Below, piece by piece: positions 16,161 to 26,659 of a stretch of DNA of 32,000 nucleotides. The stretch lies in NCBI RefSeq assembly GCF_000012805.1, contig NC_007484.1, forward strand, positions 1,110,001 through 1,142,000, written 5' to 3'. This DNA is from Nitrosococcus oceani ATCC 19707. GTDB lineage: Bacteria; Pseudomonadota; Gammaproteobacteria; Nitrosococcales; Nitrosococcaceae. Made by a program: the position numbers and the translations under genes. Each line of letters begins with the position of its first letter. Positions within the stretch are counted from its first letter, which is position 1. The notes below the pieces were generated by a model that saw only the letters and a program-made list of their open reading frames with translations, did no database searches and was not told where the DNA came from.

Positions 16161-18827
16161 ATGGTGCGGAAGACGATTGTCAGCGTATCGGTAGCCGGGT
16201 TGCTAGCGGCCTCCTCATCCTGGGAGGCGTATTCCTTGGGGATAGGGGGAATTAGTTTGAAATCTGGGTTGAATCAGCCGTTTAAAGCGGAGATTCCCCT
16301 GCATGCGGTGCGCGAGAATTCTCTAGAAGATATTAAGGTAAAATTGGCGCCTAGCGAAGATTTTTTTCGGGCGGGGCTAGATCGGGCATTGGTGCTGAGC
16401 AACCTCCGCTTTCGCCCGCTGCGTAAAGAGACGGGTGAGACGGTTATTGAAGTGACCTCGCAAGGGCCTATTCGTGAACCCTTTCTTGACTTTCTGGTGG
16501 CTGTAACTTGGCCTCAGGGACACCTGTTACGGGAATATACGGTACTGCTGGATCCTCCTTTTCTGATGGAGCCAGGCCCTGCCATTGTTAGCTCCATTGC
16601 GAGTGTGCAAGACACTGTGGCGCCGGTTACACCGCAAAAGGCAGAAACCTGGAGCGTGCAGATTCCAGAGCCCCTAGTCGAGAGCACCATGGTTTCTTCA
16701 ACGGCTAAAGCGGATTCCTCTGCCTATGGGCCTATCCGACCGGCTGAGACGTTGTGGCCTATCGCGCAACGGGTGCGGTCTAGTTCTTCGATTGCTCCTC
16801 AACAAATGATGCTGGCGCTGCTACGAGCTAATCCGGATGTCTTTTTGCACGGTAATATCAATGGGTTGAAGGTTGGACGGATGCTCACAATACCAGCCGA
16901 AGAGGAAGCGTTAAAGCTGACCTTTGCCGAGGCGGTAGAGCAAGTACAACAGCAAAATAAAGCCTGGGCGGCATTAGGAAGAAAAAGCCAAGCTTTCGAG
17001 GCGGAGCGTTCGGAAGAAGAGAAGGCCCCAGGAAACGAATCTGGAGGCGCAGTTAATCTCTTGGCCGTTCGGGAGCATGTTCTACCTTTATTATCTAAGG
17101 AGAGGGGGCCTGGGGTCCAAGAAAGCAGTGGTGAGGATATTCATCTACAGACGCTGTTGTCTTTAACTCAGGAGGCTTTGGAAACACGGGCTCAGGAAAA
17201 TGAAGCGTTGCAAGCTCGTCTCCAAGCAATGGAATTACAAGTCAATACCTTGCAGCAACTGTTATCGGCGCAGGATGCCCGGCTCGTAGGGTTGGAAGGC
17301 CCAGAGGAGACCAGTAAAAAGGAAATTTTAGAGGGCCAAGACGGGAAGTTTGAGAAAGTGGAGTTTTTAGCTCCTTCGATGGAGGAAATTGCTACTTTAA
17401 CCTTATCTTCTCCTGGGGAGGAGGAGGCGCTTCCTTCCTCTGGAGAAAAGGCTTTAGAGACTGCACTCCCTGTATCTTCTGATGCTCTATCGGCAACGGA
17501 GGAACGGGTGCCCGAGCAGACAAAGCAGGCCGGGGAATTTGTTTCTGCAGAAGAGGTAAGCGAGCCTGAGGGGGCATTTAGCGCCTTTATGAATTTGAAA
17601 AATCTTCTTCTGCTTAGTGGCAGCAGTATACTGCTCTTAATTCTGGCTGTTTTACGTTTACGCAAGCGTAAAACTACTGAGAAACCCGCGCTAACGATAG
17701 CTGAGCAGGAAGAAGCAGGCAAAGATGGAGATGATGAAGCTAGCGAAGTCCTTGCTAAGGAAATAGGGCCAATCGCTCCGTTAGAGCAGGAAGTAGTCCA
17801 TGGGATGAAGGCGCCTGCCTCCTCAACGGCATCCCAGATCCAGGCAGAGAGTCATGAGATTATGGCCGAAGTTGATGACTACCTTGCTTTTGGCCGCCAT
17901 CACGAGGCGGCGACGGCGCTCAAGGAGGCTTTGCTCCAGGAACCTGGGCGGCAGGATTTAAAATTCAAATTGGCCGAAGTTTATCATGCCGCAGGTAATG
18001 GGAGTGCCTTTGTGGATTTAGTGGAAGAATGGGCACCAAATCCACATGGAGACGATGGCCTATGGGCGGATTTGGTAGCGATGGGAAAAGATTTGAGACC
18101 CGGGCACGCTTTGTTTACCAGTTTGCGGCAAGATGATGCAGCCGCCCAAGTGGGCTTGGAACTTCCTGCTAGCGATTTTTCCTTGGATTTCAGTCCAGGG
18201 GACTTACTCTCTGATGAAAATTCGGCAGTGCCATTCTCTCCTGCCGAGGAGGAGGCATCGGCAGGAGAGAATTCTTCTGTGGAGACACCCCAGGCAGAGG
18301 AGGTGGGCCTGGAATTTGACTTAGAGGGGATGGTGTTAGCTAAGCCTAGTGTTCAGGATGATGGAATAACAGATCAGCCGGTGGAGGCTGAGAGGGAAGA
18401 GGGAGTTATAGAGTTTGAGCCTTTCTCTTCTCCGCTAGGGACGGAAGAGAATGTGAAGGAAGCAGAAAATTCGGAACAATCCCTAGAATTCTTTTCCCCG
18501 GAGTTTGAAATACAGGAAGATAACCAAGGGCTGTTAGTATTGGAAACCCCTGTTGACGATCCGGAGTCAACCCCGTTGGAACCTGCCGACCCTGCCGCTT
18601 CAGTAGATACCCTGGGAGAGGACATGAGTGAAGCTTCCCTCCCTGGGAAGGCGCTGCTGGAGGATCTGGATGAGATGGAAGTCAAGTTGGATTTGGCGCG
18701 GGCTTATATGGATATGGGCGATGCCGATGGTGCCCGCGGCCTGTTGGAAGAGGTTGTTGCTGAGGGCACTGAGCAGCAGCGAGATACAGGAGAGGGACTG
18801 CTTGCCGAGCTAGCGAAGGCTTCTTGA
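16161..18827 (+). CDS. fimV: FimV/HubP-family peptidoglycan-binding pilus-assembly scaffold protein
   Basis: It has an N-terminal signal-like segment, a LysM-like region (YGPIRPAETLWPIAQRV...LKVGRMLTIP), one TM segment (LLLLSGSSILLLILAVLRL) and a long acidic cytoplasmic region. The FimV C-terminal motif is present (LDLARAYMDMGDADGARGLLEEVV). The conserved position between asd and truA also fits. Confidence 0.85.
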   Translation: MVRKTIVSVSVAGLLAASSSWEAYSLGIGGISLKSGLNQPFKAEIPLHAVRENSLEDIKVKLAPSEDFFRAGLDRALVLSNLRFRPLRKETGETVIEVTSQGPIREPFLDFLVAVTWPQGHLLREYTVLLDPPFLMEPGPAIVSSIASVQDTVAPVTPQKAETWSVQIPEPLVESTMVSSTAKADSSAYGPIRPAETLWPIAQRVRSSSSIAPQQMMLALLRANPDVFLHGNINGLKVGRMLTIPAEEEALKLTFAEAVEQVQQQNKAWAALGRKSQAFEAERSEEEKAPGNESGGAVNLLAVREHVLPLLSKERGPGVQESSGEDIHLQTLLSLTQEALETRAQENEALQARLQAMELQVNTLQQLLSAQDARLVGLEGPEETSKKEILEGQDGKFEKVEFLAPSMEEIATLTLSSPGEEEALPSSGEKALETALPVSSDALSATEERVPEQTKQAGEFVSAEEVSEPEGAFSAFMNLKNLLLLSGSSILLLILAVLRLRKRKTTEKPALTIAEQEEAGKDGDDEASEVLAKEIGPIAPLEQEVVHGMKAPASSTASQIQAESHEIMAEVDDYLAFGRHHEAATALKEALLQEPGRQDLKFKLAEVYHAAGNGSAFVDLVEEWAPNPHGDDGLWADLVAMGKDLRPGHALFTSLRQDDAAAQVGLELPASDFSLDFSPGDLLSDENSAVPFSPAEEEASAGENSSVETPQAEEVGLEFDLEGMVLAKPSVQDDGITDQPVEAEREEGVIEFEPFSSPLGTEENVKEAENSEQSLEFFSPEFEIQEDNQGLLVLETPVDDPESTPLEPADPAASVDTLGEDMSEASLPGKALLEDLDEMEVKLDLARAYMDMGDADGARGLLEEVVAEGTEQQRDTGEGLLAELAKAS

Positions 18828-18866
18828 TGATGATCTAATGTTGATTGGAAATACGGTAAATTGTGG

Positions 18867-18904
18867 GCGCCCAGATTAATAGTCTGGGCGCTTCTTTTGT
18901 TTTG
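18867..18904 (+). terminator. Rho-independent terminator of fimV
   Basis: GCGCCCAGA (18867-18875) pairs perfectly with TCTGGGCGC (18883-18891) across a 7-nt loop. The T-rich tail TTCTTTTGTTTTG follows. Confidence 0.75.
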
Positions 18905-18969
18905 CCGGGAAATAATTGGGGGTGGAGAATAGGTAAATACCTATGAATTTGGAGCTTCGCTATTAATGC

Positions 18970-19011
18970 GGCCCTCGCGCTCAAGGCCCCACTTTGTTTC
19001 CCACTCTCGCT
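18970..19011 (-). repeat. Intergenic repeat element copy B (inverted relative to copy A1)
   Basis: The reverse complement is AGCGAGAGTGGGAAACAAAGTGGGGCCTTGAGCGCGAGGGCC. It matches 11081-11122 at 33/42 by hand with no gaps. Confidence 0.6.
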
Positions 19012-19156
19012 GGGGGGGCGTCGTGCGTCCCTATATTCCCTCAAAGTAGGGGATGTTTTAGGCGCAAGCCGACTCCAGGGATGCTTTAAAGTTTTCTGCG
19101 AGGCACTTAGAGCTCCCCTAAACAAACCAGCATGTTAATTTCCCTAACTTAATCTG

Positions 19157-19936
19157 ATGAGAATAGCGCTTGGTCTTGAGTATGATGGTTCCAATTTTTC
19201 TGGCTGGCAGTCCCAAAAAGGCGTGCGTACAGTCCAAGCTACTCTGGAGCAGGCCCTTTCCGCAGTGGCTAACGAGCCGGTTACTGTCATCACTGCGGGG
19301 CGTACCGATGCAGGAGTGCATGCCGCGGCCCAGGTGGTTCATTTTGACACCGCCACTTTTCGTTTAGAGCACAATTGGGTTTTTGGCGGCAATGCCAATC
19401 TGCTGCCGGAGGTGGCCATTTTATGGGCACAACCGGTGAACGAAGCTTTTCATGCCCGGTTTTCGGCGATAGCGCGGCACTATCGATATATCATTCTGAA
19501 CCGCGGGGCGCGGCCAGCTATCGCGAATCGCCGCGTGACGTGGTATTGTCAGCCTTTATCCGTTACTAAAATGAAGGAAGCAGGTGCTTTTCTGGTGGGC
19601 GAACATGATTTTTCTTCCTTTCGAGCTAAGGCTTGCCAGGCTAAGAGCCCTGTCAGAAATGTCCATTATTTAGAGGTGACACGGCAAGGGGATTGGATCG
19701 TCATCGATATCTCGGCCAATGCTTTTTTGCACCATATGGTACGTAATATCGCTGGGGTACTTATGGCGATAGGGAAGGGAGAACAACCGCCGCGCTGGGC
19801 GGAAGAGGTATTACAGGCTCGATGCCGTGCTGTGGGAGGTGTTACTGCGCGTCCCGATGGTTTGTATTTGGTGAGAGTGGACTATCCAGATCACTTTGAT
19901 TTACCCAGACTTTCCCGTCCCGTCACGGTTTGGTAA
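19157..19936 (+). CDS. truA: tRNA pseudouridine(38-40) synthase
   Basis: It has [17 protein letters not shown] and the catalytic GRTDAGVHA motif. Length is 259 aa. Confidence 0.93.
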   Translation: MRIALGLEYDGSNFSGWQSQKGVRTVQATLEQALSAVANEPVTVITAGRTDAGVHAAAQVVHFDTATFRLEHNWVFGGNANLLPEVAILWAQPVNEAFHARFSAIARHYRYIILNRGARPAIANRRVTWYCQPLSVTKMKEAGAFLVGEHDFSSFRAKACQAKSPVRNVHYLEVTRQGDWIVIDISANAFLHHMVRNIAGVLMAIGKGEQPPRWAEEVLQARCRAVGGVTARPDGLYLVRVDYPDHFDLPRLSRPVTVW

Positions 19937-19956
19937 CCTGTTATATTTTTGTGGAG

Positions 19957-20577
19957 ATGCGTACTCGGGTAAAATTTTGTGGCATTACGCGCAGAGAGGA
20001 TGCCATCCAGGCCATTCGTTTAGGGGCGGATGCCATTGGTCTAGTCTTTTATCCTGAGAGTCCGCGAGCGGTGAGTCCGCAGCAGGCTTATCAAATCGTG
20101 CGGGAGTTACCCCCTTTTGTAACGGTGGTAGGATTATTTGTAAACGCTGCCTCTTGTTACCTTCAGCAAATATTGGATAAGGTTCCTATTGATATCCTCC
20201 AGTTCCACGGTGAGGAGTCTCCTGAAGAATGTGGTTATTATGGCAGATCCTATATTAAGGCGATCCGGATGGCGGAGGGAGTGGATCTCCCGAGCTTGGC
20301 ACGGAGCTATGAGAGTGCTTCGGCCTTGCTGCTGGATGCTTATCAGGCTGGAGTGCCAGGCGGGACGGGAAGGGCCTTCGATTGGAGGCGCATTCCCAAA
20401 AATTTTTCAAAGGCAGTTATTTTAGCTGGGGGTTTGACTCCCGAAAACATCGCCCAGGCGGTGAGGCAGGTGCGGCCCTACGCTGTAGATGTCAGCGGTG
20501 GAGTTGAACGAATTAAAGGTGTGAAAGATGCCGCCAAAATGGCGGCTTTTATGCGAGGTGTAGACAGTGTCAACTGA
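19957..20577 (+). CDS. trpF: N-(5'-phosphoribosyl)anthranilate isomerase
   Basis: The protein starts [11 protein letters not shown] and contains [19 protein letters not shown] and [12 protein letters not shown] 19957 is preferred over TTG 19930. Confidence 0.9.
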   Translation: MRTRVKFCGITRREDAIQAIRLGADAIGLVFYPESPRAVSPQQAYQIVRELPPFVTVVGLFVNAASCYLQQILDKVPIDILQFHGEESPEECGYYGRSYIKAIRMAEGVDLPSLARSYESASALLLDAYQAGVPGGTGRAFDWRRIPKNFSKAVILAGGLTPENIAQAVRQVRPYAVDVSGGVERIKGVKDAAKMAAFMRGVDSVN

Positions 20578-21799
20578 AGCCCAGGCTTTAGCAGCCGGCA
20601 GGAATGACGATCAGATGCCTGATGAAAAGGGTCATTTTGGTCCTTATGGTGGCCGCTTTGTAGCGGAAACCCTGATGGAGCCTATTGAGGAACTCCGCCA
20701 GGCCTATGCACGCTACCGTGATGATCCAGATTTCCAGGCCGAGCTAGAAGCCGACCTTGCCCATTATGTGGGGCGGCCGACGCCCTTGTATTTTGCCAAA
20801 CGCTGGAGCGAGCAGTTAGGGGGTGCCCGGATCTTTTTGAAGCGGGAAGATCTAAGTCATACCGGCGCCCATAAAATCAACAATACCGTGGGGCAAGCCC
20901 TGCTGGCAAAGCGGATGGGGAAGACTCGTTTGATCGCGGAAACGGGAGCGGGTCAGCATGGCGTAGCTACCGCCACGGTAGCCGCCCGTTTAGGGTTGGA
21001 ATGCGTGGTCTACATGGGGGCTGAGGATATAGAACGACAAGCCCCTAATGTTTACCGGATGCGCCTGTTAGGGGCAGAAGTAGTGCCGGTGACTTCCGGG
21101 TCTAGAACCTTGAAGGATGCCTTGAATGAAGCCATGCGGGATTGGGTGACTCATGTGGATAACACCTTTTATGTGATTGGCACCGTGGCGGGGCCTCATC
21201 CCTATCCCGTGATGGTGCGGGATTTCCAGGCGGTGATTGGGCGGGAGGCCCGGACCCAGATTCTAGAGCAGCTAGGCGCGCTTCCCCAGGCTTTGGTGGC
21301 TTGCGTGGGGGGAGGGTCCAACGCCATCGGCTTATTTCATTCTTTTTGCAAGGATGAGCAGGTCGCACTCTATGGTGTGGAAGCGGCGGGGCTAGGATTG
21401 GAGAGCGGACAACATGCCGCTTCCCTCTGTGCGGGCAAACCGGGTGTTCTTCATGGTAACCGGACCTATTTGGTGGAAAATAGCCATGGTCAAATTATAG
21501 ACACCCATTCCATTTCAGCGGGTCTTGATTATCCTGGGGTAGGCCCCGAGCATGCTTGGCTGAAGGATACTGGGCGGGCGACCTATGTGGCGATTAGCGA
21601 TGAGGAGGCCCTGGGGGCTTTTCATGCCTTGACCCGTATTGAAGGCATTATTCCCGCTTTGGAAAGCAGTCATGCCTTGGCCTACGCTACGCAATTGGCC
21701 CCCACTTTAGCTCCAGAGCAGGGGATTATCGTGAATCTTTCAGGGCGCGGGGATAAAGATATCAATACGGTAGCCAAAATTGAGGGGATTTCCCTGTGA
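20567..21799 (+). CDS. trpB: Tryptophan synthase beta chain
   Basis: It contains [11 protein letters not shown] and the PLP-lysine motif HTGAHKINN, plus GGGSNAIG. The GTG start at 20567 overlaps the end of trpF. ATG 20615 is an alternative start. Confidence 0.93.
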   Translation: MSTEAQALAAGRNDDQMPDEKGHFGPYGGRFVAETLMEPIEELRQAYARYRDDPDFQAELEADLAHYVGRPTPLYFAKRWSEQLGGARIFLKREDLSHTGAHKINNTVGQALLAKRMGKTRLIAETGAGQHGVATATVAARLGLECVVYMGAEDIERQAPNVYRMRLLGAEVVPVTSGSRTLKDALNEAMRDWVTHVDNTFYVIGTVAGPHPYPVMVRDFQAVIGREARTQILEQLGALPQALVACVGGGSNAIGLFHSFCKDEQVALYGVEAAGLGLESGQHAASLCAGKPGVLHGNRTYLVENSHGQIIDTHSISAGLDYPGVGPEHAWLKDTGRATYVAISDEEALGAFHALTRIEGIIPALESSHALAYATQLAPTLAPEQGIIVNLSGRGDKDINTVAKIEGISL

Positions 21800-22611
21800 G
21801 CCGGATTACCGAGCGTTTCACCGTACTTCGGGGGCAAGGCCGAAAAGCCCTAGTTCCTTATATTACGGCGGGCGATCCCCAGCCCCAGGTTACGGTTCCT
21901 TTAATGCATGCCATGGTGGCGGCGGGAGCTGATATCCTAGAATTAGGAGTCCCTTTTTCCGATCCAATGGCCGATGGCCCGGTCATTCAGAAGGCCTGCG
22001 AGCGGGCGCTGGCGGCGGGTACTTCCTTACTAGATGTTTTGGCGATGGTCGCTGAATTTCGCCGTAAGGATCAGGAAACCCCGGTAATTTTAATGGGTTA
22101 CCTTAATCCCATTGAAATACTAGGCTATCGAAGTTTTGCCGAGCAAGCGGCTGCCCACGGGGTTGATGGCCTTCTGACAGTGGATATGCCGCCCGAGGAA
22201 GCGGAGCCTCTGGCCGCAGTCTGCAAGGAGCAAGGGCTTGATCGCATTTTTTTGCTGGCGCCCACGAGCTCTCCGAAGCGTATAGAGCAAATTAGTGCCT
22301 TGGGCAGTGGATTTATTTACTATGTTTCCTTAAAAGGAGTGACGGGCGCCTCTACCCTCGATGTGGACGATGTTAGTCAACGTGTGGCTAAGATCCGGCA
22401 CTATACCACTATGCCGGTAGGGGTGGGATTCGGTATTCGGGACGCGCGCTCGGCCGCTCAGATCGCCTCTATTGCCGATGCGGCGGTCGTGGGGAGCGCT
22501 CTAGTCAAACGCATTGAGCAATACCAGAATCGCCCCGAGGTGATTCCGGAGGAAGTCAGTGCTTTACTACGAACAATGCGCGAAGCTATTGATGCCACTG
22601 AAAATGTTTAA
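21796..22611 (+). CDS. trpA: Tryptophan synthase alpha chain
   Basis: Segments [27 protein letters not shown] and GFGI are present. The GTGA start/stop overlap with trpB indicates translational coupling. Confidence 0.93.
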   Translation: MSRITERFTVLRGQGRKALVPYITAGDPQPQVTVPLMHAMVAAGADILELGVPFSDPMADGPVIQKACERALAAGTSLLDVLAMVAEFRRKDQETPVILMGYLNPIEILGYRSFAEQAAAHGVDGLLTVDMPPEEAEPLAAVCKEQGLDRIFLLAPTSSPKRIEQISALGSGFIYYVSLKGVTGASTLDVDDVSQRVAKIRHYTTMPVGVGFGIRDARSAAQIASIADAAVVGSALVKRIEQYQNRPEVIPEEVSALLRTMREAIDATENV

Positions 22612-22630
22612 CCAAAAATAATTAATAGTT

Positions 22631-23491
22631 ATGAGTTGGCTTGGTAAACTACTTCCCTCCAAAATCCGCACCGAAGGACCCAAGCGTAAATCGGTACCGG
22701 AAGGCTTATGGACTAAGTGCAACGCTTGCGATGCTATTCTGTACCGGGTGGAGTTGGAGCGTAACATGGATGTTTGCCCCAAATGCGGCGGTCACAAGCG
22801 AATCAGCGCTCGTCGACGCCTGGACGTTTTTCTTGATGAGGGACCGCGGGAAGAAATTGGTGCTAATCTGCAACCGCTGGATACCCTTAAATTTAAGGAC
22901 AGCAAGAAATACAAGGACCGTTTGTCCCAAACTCAAAAGGTAGTTCAGGAAAATGATTCTCTGGTGGTCATGGAAGGACACGTCAGAGGGTTGCCGCTGG
23001 TAGTGGCTGCCTTTGAATTTAGTTTTATGGGCGGATCCTTGGGATCGGTCGCAGGTGAGCGTTTCGTGCGGGGAGTAGAAGCCGCCATCGAGCAGCGGAT
23101 ACCCATGGTGTGTTTTTCCGCCAGCGGGGGAGCGCGGATGCAAGAGGGACTGTTCTCTCTCCTGCAAATGAGCAAAACCAGCGCTGCATTGGCCCGTTTG
23201 AACAAACAAGGTCTTCCTTTTATTTCGGTGCTTACCGATCCCACCATGGGAGGGGTAAGCGCCAGTCTGGCCATGCTGGGAGATATTAATATTGCCGAGC
23301 CCGGTGCTTTGATTGGTTTTGCCGGTCCCCGGGTGATTGAACAAACCGTGCGGGAGACGTTGCCCAAGGGTTTCCAACGGAGCGAATTTTTACTGGCCCA
23401 TGGCGTTATCGACATGATTGTGGATCGTCGTGATCTCCCGGATCGCATTGCTGGATTGTTGGCAATCTTGACCCATAAGCCTTCTATTTGA
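22631..23491 (+). CDS. accD: Acetyl-CoA carboxylase carboxyltransferase beta subunit
   Basis: It has the N-terminal Zn ribbon [26 protein letters not shown], followed by [11 protein letters not shown] and [11 protein letters not shown]. Confidence 0.93.
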   Translation: MSWLGKLLPSKIRTEGPKRKSVPEGLWTKCNACDAILYRVELERNMDVCPKCGGHKRISARRRLDVFLDEGPREEIGANLQPLDTLKFKDSKKYKDRLSQTQKVVQENDSLVVMEGHVRGLPLVVAAFEFSFMGGSLGSVAGERFVRGVEAAIEQRIPMVCFSASGGARMQEGLFSLLQMSKTSAALARLNKQGLPFISVLTDPTMGGVSASLAMLGDINIAEPGALIGFAGPRVIEQTVRETLPKGFQRSEFLLAHGVIDMIVDRRDLPDRIAGLLAILTHKPSI

Positions 23492-23502
23492 CGCCAGCTC
23501 GG

Positions 23503-24801
23503 ATGGCTCGTTTTTCCCGGCTTTCGGATTGGTTGAGATGGCAGGAAACCGCCCATTGGCCTCGGGTTGATCCCAGTTTAATTAGAGCCAGCGCTGTGCT
23601 TCAGCGTATGGTGCTCTCCACTCCTCCTTTTCCTATAGTGACCATTGCCGGTACTAATGGAAAAGGTTCTACGGTGGCCCTATTGGAGGCCATCCTGCTG
23701 GCCGCTGGTTACCGGGTGGGCAGTTATACCTCTCCCCACCTATTGCGCTATAACGAGCGGATTAAGATACAAGGGGAAGCTGTCTCGGATGATATCATTT
23801 GTCAATCCTTTGCCCGTATCGATGCTGCCCGCCACGAAATTTCCTTAACCTACTTTGAATTTGGCACCTTGGCCGCCATTGATATTTTCCATCAAGCGGG
23901 ATTGGACATAGCGTTGCTAGAGGTGGGGCTAGGTGGGCGCTTGGATGCGGTCAATGCACTGGATGCGGATGTGGCTGTGATTACCACGGTAGATATTGAT
24001 CATATCAATTTTTTAGGGCCTGATCGGGAGTCTATCGGGTTTGAAAAAGCAGGTATTTTTCGCTCCCATCGTCCCGCCATCTGCGGCGATCCGGAGCCTC
24101 CAGAGAGCGTACTTGCCCACGCTAAGGAATCGTCGGTCCCCCTTTATCGGATAGGCCGCGATTTTCATTATCAGATGGCCGGCGAAGGATGGTCCTGGTG
24201 GAGTAATGGGAGCCATTACGCGGATTTACCCCATCCCGCACTTCAGGGAGCTTGTCAGTATCAGAATGGGGCAGCTGCGCTGATGGCATTAAAGCTTATG
24301 GCAGCACGGCTACCTGTTTCGGAGACAGCCATCCGGGACGGCCTCAGCGCGGTGCGCCTACCGGGCCGTTTCCAGTGCCTTCCCGGTGAGATGGAGCGGA
24401 TTTTCGATGTGGCCCATAATCTTCAGGGCGCCCGCTGGTTAGCCCGCTCGCTTACGGACAGGCCCTGCGGGGGGCGAACTTACGCGGTGTTAGGGATGTT
24501 GGCGGATAAGGATGTGGCAGGGGTGGTCAGCGTCCTGGAGAACGCTATCCATGGCTGGTTTGTTGGTGGATTGGCGGTCGATAGAGGGCTATCGGGCCAA
24601 GCTTTGGCTGAGCGGATGGGCCATCTCACCCCCGCTATTTATCAAAGCGTGGCGGAAGCTTACCGGGCCGCCCTGGAAGCCGCTCAACCGGGGGATCGGG
24701 TGCTGGCCTTTGGTTCTTTTCATACGGTGGAAGCTGTGATGCGGCTAGAGGGATTGACCTGCTCTTCCGGCGCTGAGCGTTGTAGCCTTGCTTCGGTTTA
24801 A
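23503..24801 (+). CDS. folC: Bifunctional folylpolyglutamate synthase / dihydrofolate synthase
   Basis: It has the P-loop GTNGKGST, plus TSPHLLRYNERI and LEVGLGGRLDA. ATG 23503 is preferred over TTG 23488. Confidence 0.9.
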   Translation: MARFSRLSDWLRWQETAHWPRVDPSLIRASAVLQRMVLSTPPFPIVTIAGTNGKGSTVALLEAILLAAGYRVGSYTSPHLLRYNERIKIQGEAVSDDIICQSFARIDAARHEISLTYFEFGTLAAIDIFHQAGLDIALLEVGLGGRLDAVNALDADVAVITTVDIDHINFLGPDRESIGFEKAGIFRSHRPAICGDPEPPESVLAHAKESSVPLYRIGRDFHYQMAGEGWSWWSNGSHYADLPHPALQGACQYQNGAAALMALKLMAARLPVSETAIRDGLSAVRLPGRFQCLPGEMERIFDVAHNLQGARWLARSLTDRPCGGRTYAVLGMLADKDVAGVVSVLENAIHGWFVGGLAVDRGLSGQALAERMGHLTPAIYQSVAEAYRAALEAAQPGDRVLAFGSFHTVEAVMRLEGLTCSSGAERCSLASV

Positions 24802-24814
24802 GAGATATATCATT

Positions 24815-25252
24815 TCAATGTGACGGGGTGTCATGTTTTGATTGGTATCTTGGGTAATTCCAGCCAAACCCCCAACGCCAAGGAGTCGGCAGGTAGGGGG
24901 TGCCGCCCATTCTAACTCCATAGTAGTATAGTACCGCTAGCATTTTATGATCCGCTTCGGCCAAGCACTGCCGTAAGGCCAGATCGGCTTGTTTACGTTC
25001 CTGCCCAGTACCCCCTAACCAATAGCGGGCGTCATGTTGATTGCAACAGTAGCCGAAATCAAAGTCCGGCGCGAGAGAGCAGCCGTCTACCCGGCATTCA
25101 TTGGGGGGTGAAGGAGAAGCGGGAGGGATGAAATCCGGATCGCAAGGAGAACGAGAGGAACAGGCGCTTATGGGTACAACGGTGAATGCCATAAGTGAGA
25201 GAAGGAGTTTTGATAGTTGAGTGGGCACGCCATTAAATATTTGCAGTTTCAT
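24815..25252 (-). CDS. Small predicted lipoprotein with a secreted phospholipase A2-like motif (bacterial/fungal group XIV type)
   Basis: It has a signal peptide with lipobox (VVPISAC). DGCSLAPDFDFGYCCNQHDARYW resembles, from my memory of Streptomyces/fungal sPLA2, the D-x-C-[ST]-x-A-P-D ... C-x-x-H-D-x-x-Y pattern. GGAG lies 6 nt upstream of the ATG. Confidence 0.55.
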   Translation of the reverse strand: MKLQIFNGVPTQLSKLLLSLMAFTVVPISACSSRSPCDPDFIPPASPSPPNECRVDGCSLAPDFDFGYCCNQHDARYWLGGTGQERKQADLALRQCLAEADHKMLAVLYYYGVRMGGTPYLPTPWRWGFGWNYPRYQSKHDTPSH

Positions 25253-25297
25253 TCCCCGCTCCAGAATCGTGTAACCTGCAAGAGAACCTCATCACAA

Positions 25298-26659
25298 CTA
25301 ATTGTCCTCTGGGCAAACTTCAGATGAGATTATTGGCCGTGATTCATAGTGGCAGAAGGGATCAATATCATGTGTCTTCCCCTTTAATAAGCTCTTAATC
25401 GCCAGCAGGCATCTGTTCGCAGAAGTTAATAACTGATCTGCGGCTTCGTCGATGTAGCCCGCGTCTTCCTCGCTGATTTTAAAATTGGTTCTAATCCTGT
25501 TCAGATTTTGCCGCAATCGGTTATCGTTCACATCTTCAAACTGGATAGGATAGAAAATGAAGCGGTTTTTTCCGAGAACCTTGAGGGGGTGGTTTCTTAA
25601 AAAACCGCAGAAATTATCCAGGGTCTGTGCCCGGTTTCCCGTCAGCAGGCTGTCAGTTGCATCGATGAAATTACTATCAACGATAAAGTCAAAAAACTTA
25701 CGGGTATCGGCGTTGTCCTTGCTAACCCCTCCGCTCCTGGCGTAAGCATCGACCAAGATGACGATGAGTTTGTCGTATTGAGTACCTTTTTTCTCCAGCG
25801 TGGTCAGAATCTTTTTGACGCTTCTCAGCCCTAGATTATCGGCGTTGCCACCGTCAAAAACGTGCCTGAACTGATCCTTGTCATTTTCGCTGCTCTTTTC
25901 ATAATCTTTGAGAGTCATGTAGTTGAAAACAGCGGGGAAGGTGGCGCTCCCCATAACCGCTCGGGCTAGAGTGTAGTCATTGATATCTGATTGAATCAGT
26001 TCAAAATCCTCGGCGGTGAAGGTAAAGGGGGAGCCAAATTCTTCCTGGGTACCGTCGGTGGCGTTGAGGATCAGATAGGGTCGGTCTGGATTTAGATCTC
26101 GGATTTTGAGATCACGCCCAACCGGCAGCGTATCGTAGAGGTTATCGGCGAATGTTTGCGCCATGATGTCGGTGCGGTCGTAGGCGGTGAACCAAAATTT
26201 TCCAATATTTACCGGCCAGAACCAATTGCCAACCCAACGGCTAATATAGTTCCTGCTCATTAAATCCTTAACGGTTTTCTCCTCCCATAGCCGGCCATGC
26301 AATGGTGGCCCGTCGTCGTTAGGGTCGGTGGAGATGGCGTAATAAGCAGCAGGCAGGGAACCGCCCGAGACAGAGGAAATTGCATCGACTTCGGCAAGCA
26401 TATCAATGCCTTCGGAGGCAAATACTTGTTGCAGCTTAAACATCACGCTAGCGGCCCAATAAGCGGCCCGGCTGCCGCCTCCGGAAAAGGCCAATATCAT
26501 GAGGGTGTCATTCCGGCCGCGGCTGGGATTCACATTAAAGGTCGCTTTAGTGATAACGGGCGTGGACTCGGCTTGTTTAATGTTGGTGTGAGAAAACGAG
26601 GTACAAGCCGGCAGTGTGGCGAGCATGGGCAAGATCAGGCATAAGATTCGAGAATTCAT
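25298..26659 (-). CDS. Patatin-like phospholipase, predicted lipoprotein
   Basis: The three patatin motifs are present: the oxyanion hole (FSGGGSRAAY), the nucleophile elbow (SSVSGGSL) and the catalytic Asp (FDGGNADNLG). The N-terminus is MNSRILCLILPMLATLPAC, a lipobox-like sequence. Confidence 0.8.
   Translation of the reverse strand: MNSRILCLILPMLATLPACTSFSHTNIKQAESTPVITKATFNVNPSRGRNDTLMILAFSGGGSRAAYWAASVMFKLQQVFASEGIDMLAEVDAISSVSGGSLPAAYYAISTDPNDDGPPLHGRLWEEKTVKDLMSRNYISRWVGNWFWPVNIGKFWFTAYDRTDIMAQTFADNLYDTLPVGRDLKIRDLNPDRPYLILNATDGTQEEFGSPFTFTAEDFELIQSDINDYTLARAVMGSATFPAVFNYMTLKDYEKSSENDKDQFRHVFDGGNADNLGLRSVKKILTTLEKKGTQYDKLIVILVDAYARSGGVSKDNADTRKFFDFIVDSNFIDATDSLLTGNRAQTLDNFCGFLRNHPLKVLGKNRFIFYPIQFEDVNDNRLRQNLNRIRTNFKISEEDAGYIDEAADQLLTSANRCLLAIKSLLKGKTHDIDPFCHYESRPIISSEVCPEDN

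Noticed and set aside
17192-17722. 176-aa minus-strand ORF inside fimV.
   Set aside because: It is antisense to the acidic, low-complexity part of fimV. Such regions readily give long Ser/Arg-rich shadow frames.
16161-18827. Acidic, low-complexity stretches of FimV, considered as a separate or novel repeat feature.
   Set aside because: A long Glu/Asp/Pro/Ser-rich linker is normal for FimV/HubP proteins. I saw no exact periodic repeat.
22706-23556. Two long minus-strand ORFs (223 aa and 203 aa) overlapping accD and the start of folC.
   Set aside because: They are antisense to an unmistakable accD, which has its Zn ribbon and carboxyltransferase motifs. Their translations are Arg/Pro/Ser/Gly-rich and low in complexity, with no recognisable motifs, as is typical of shadow ORFs.
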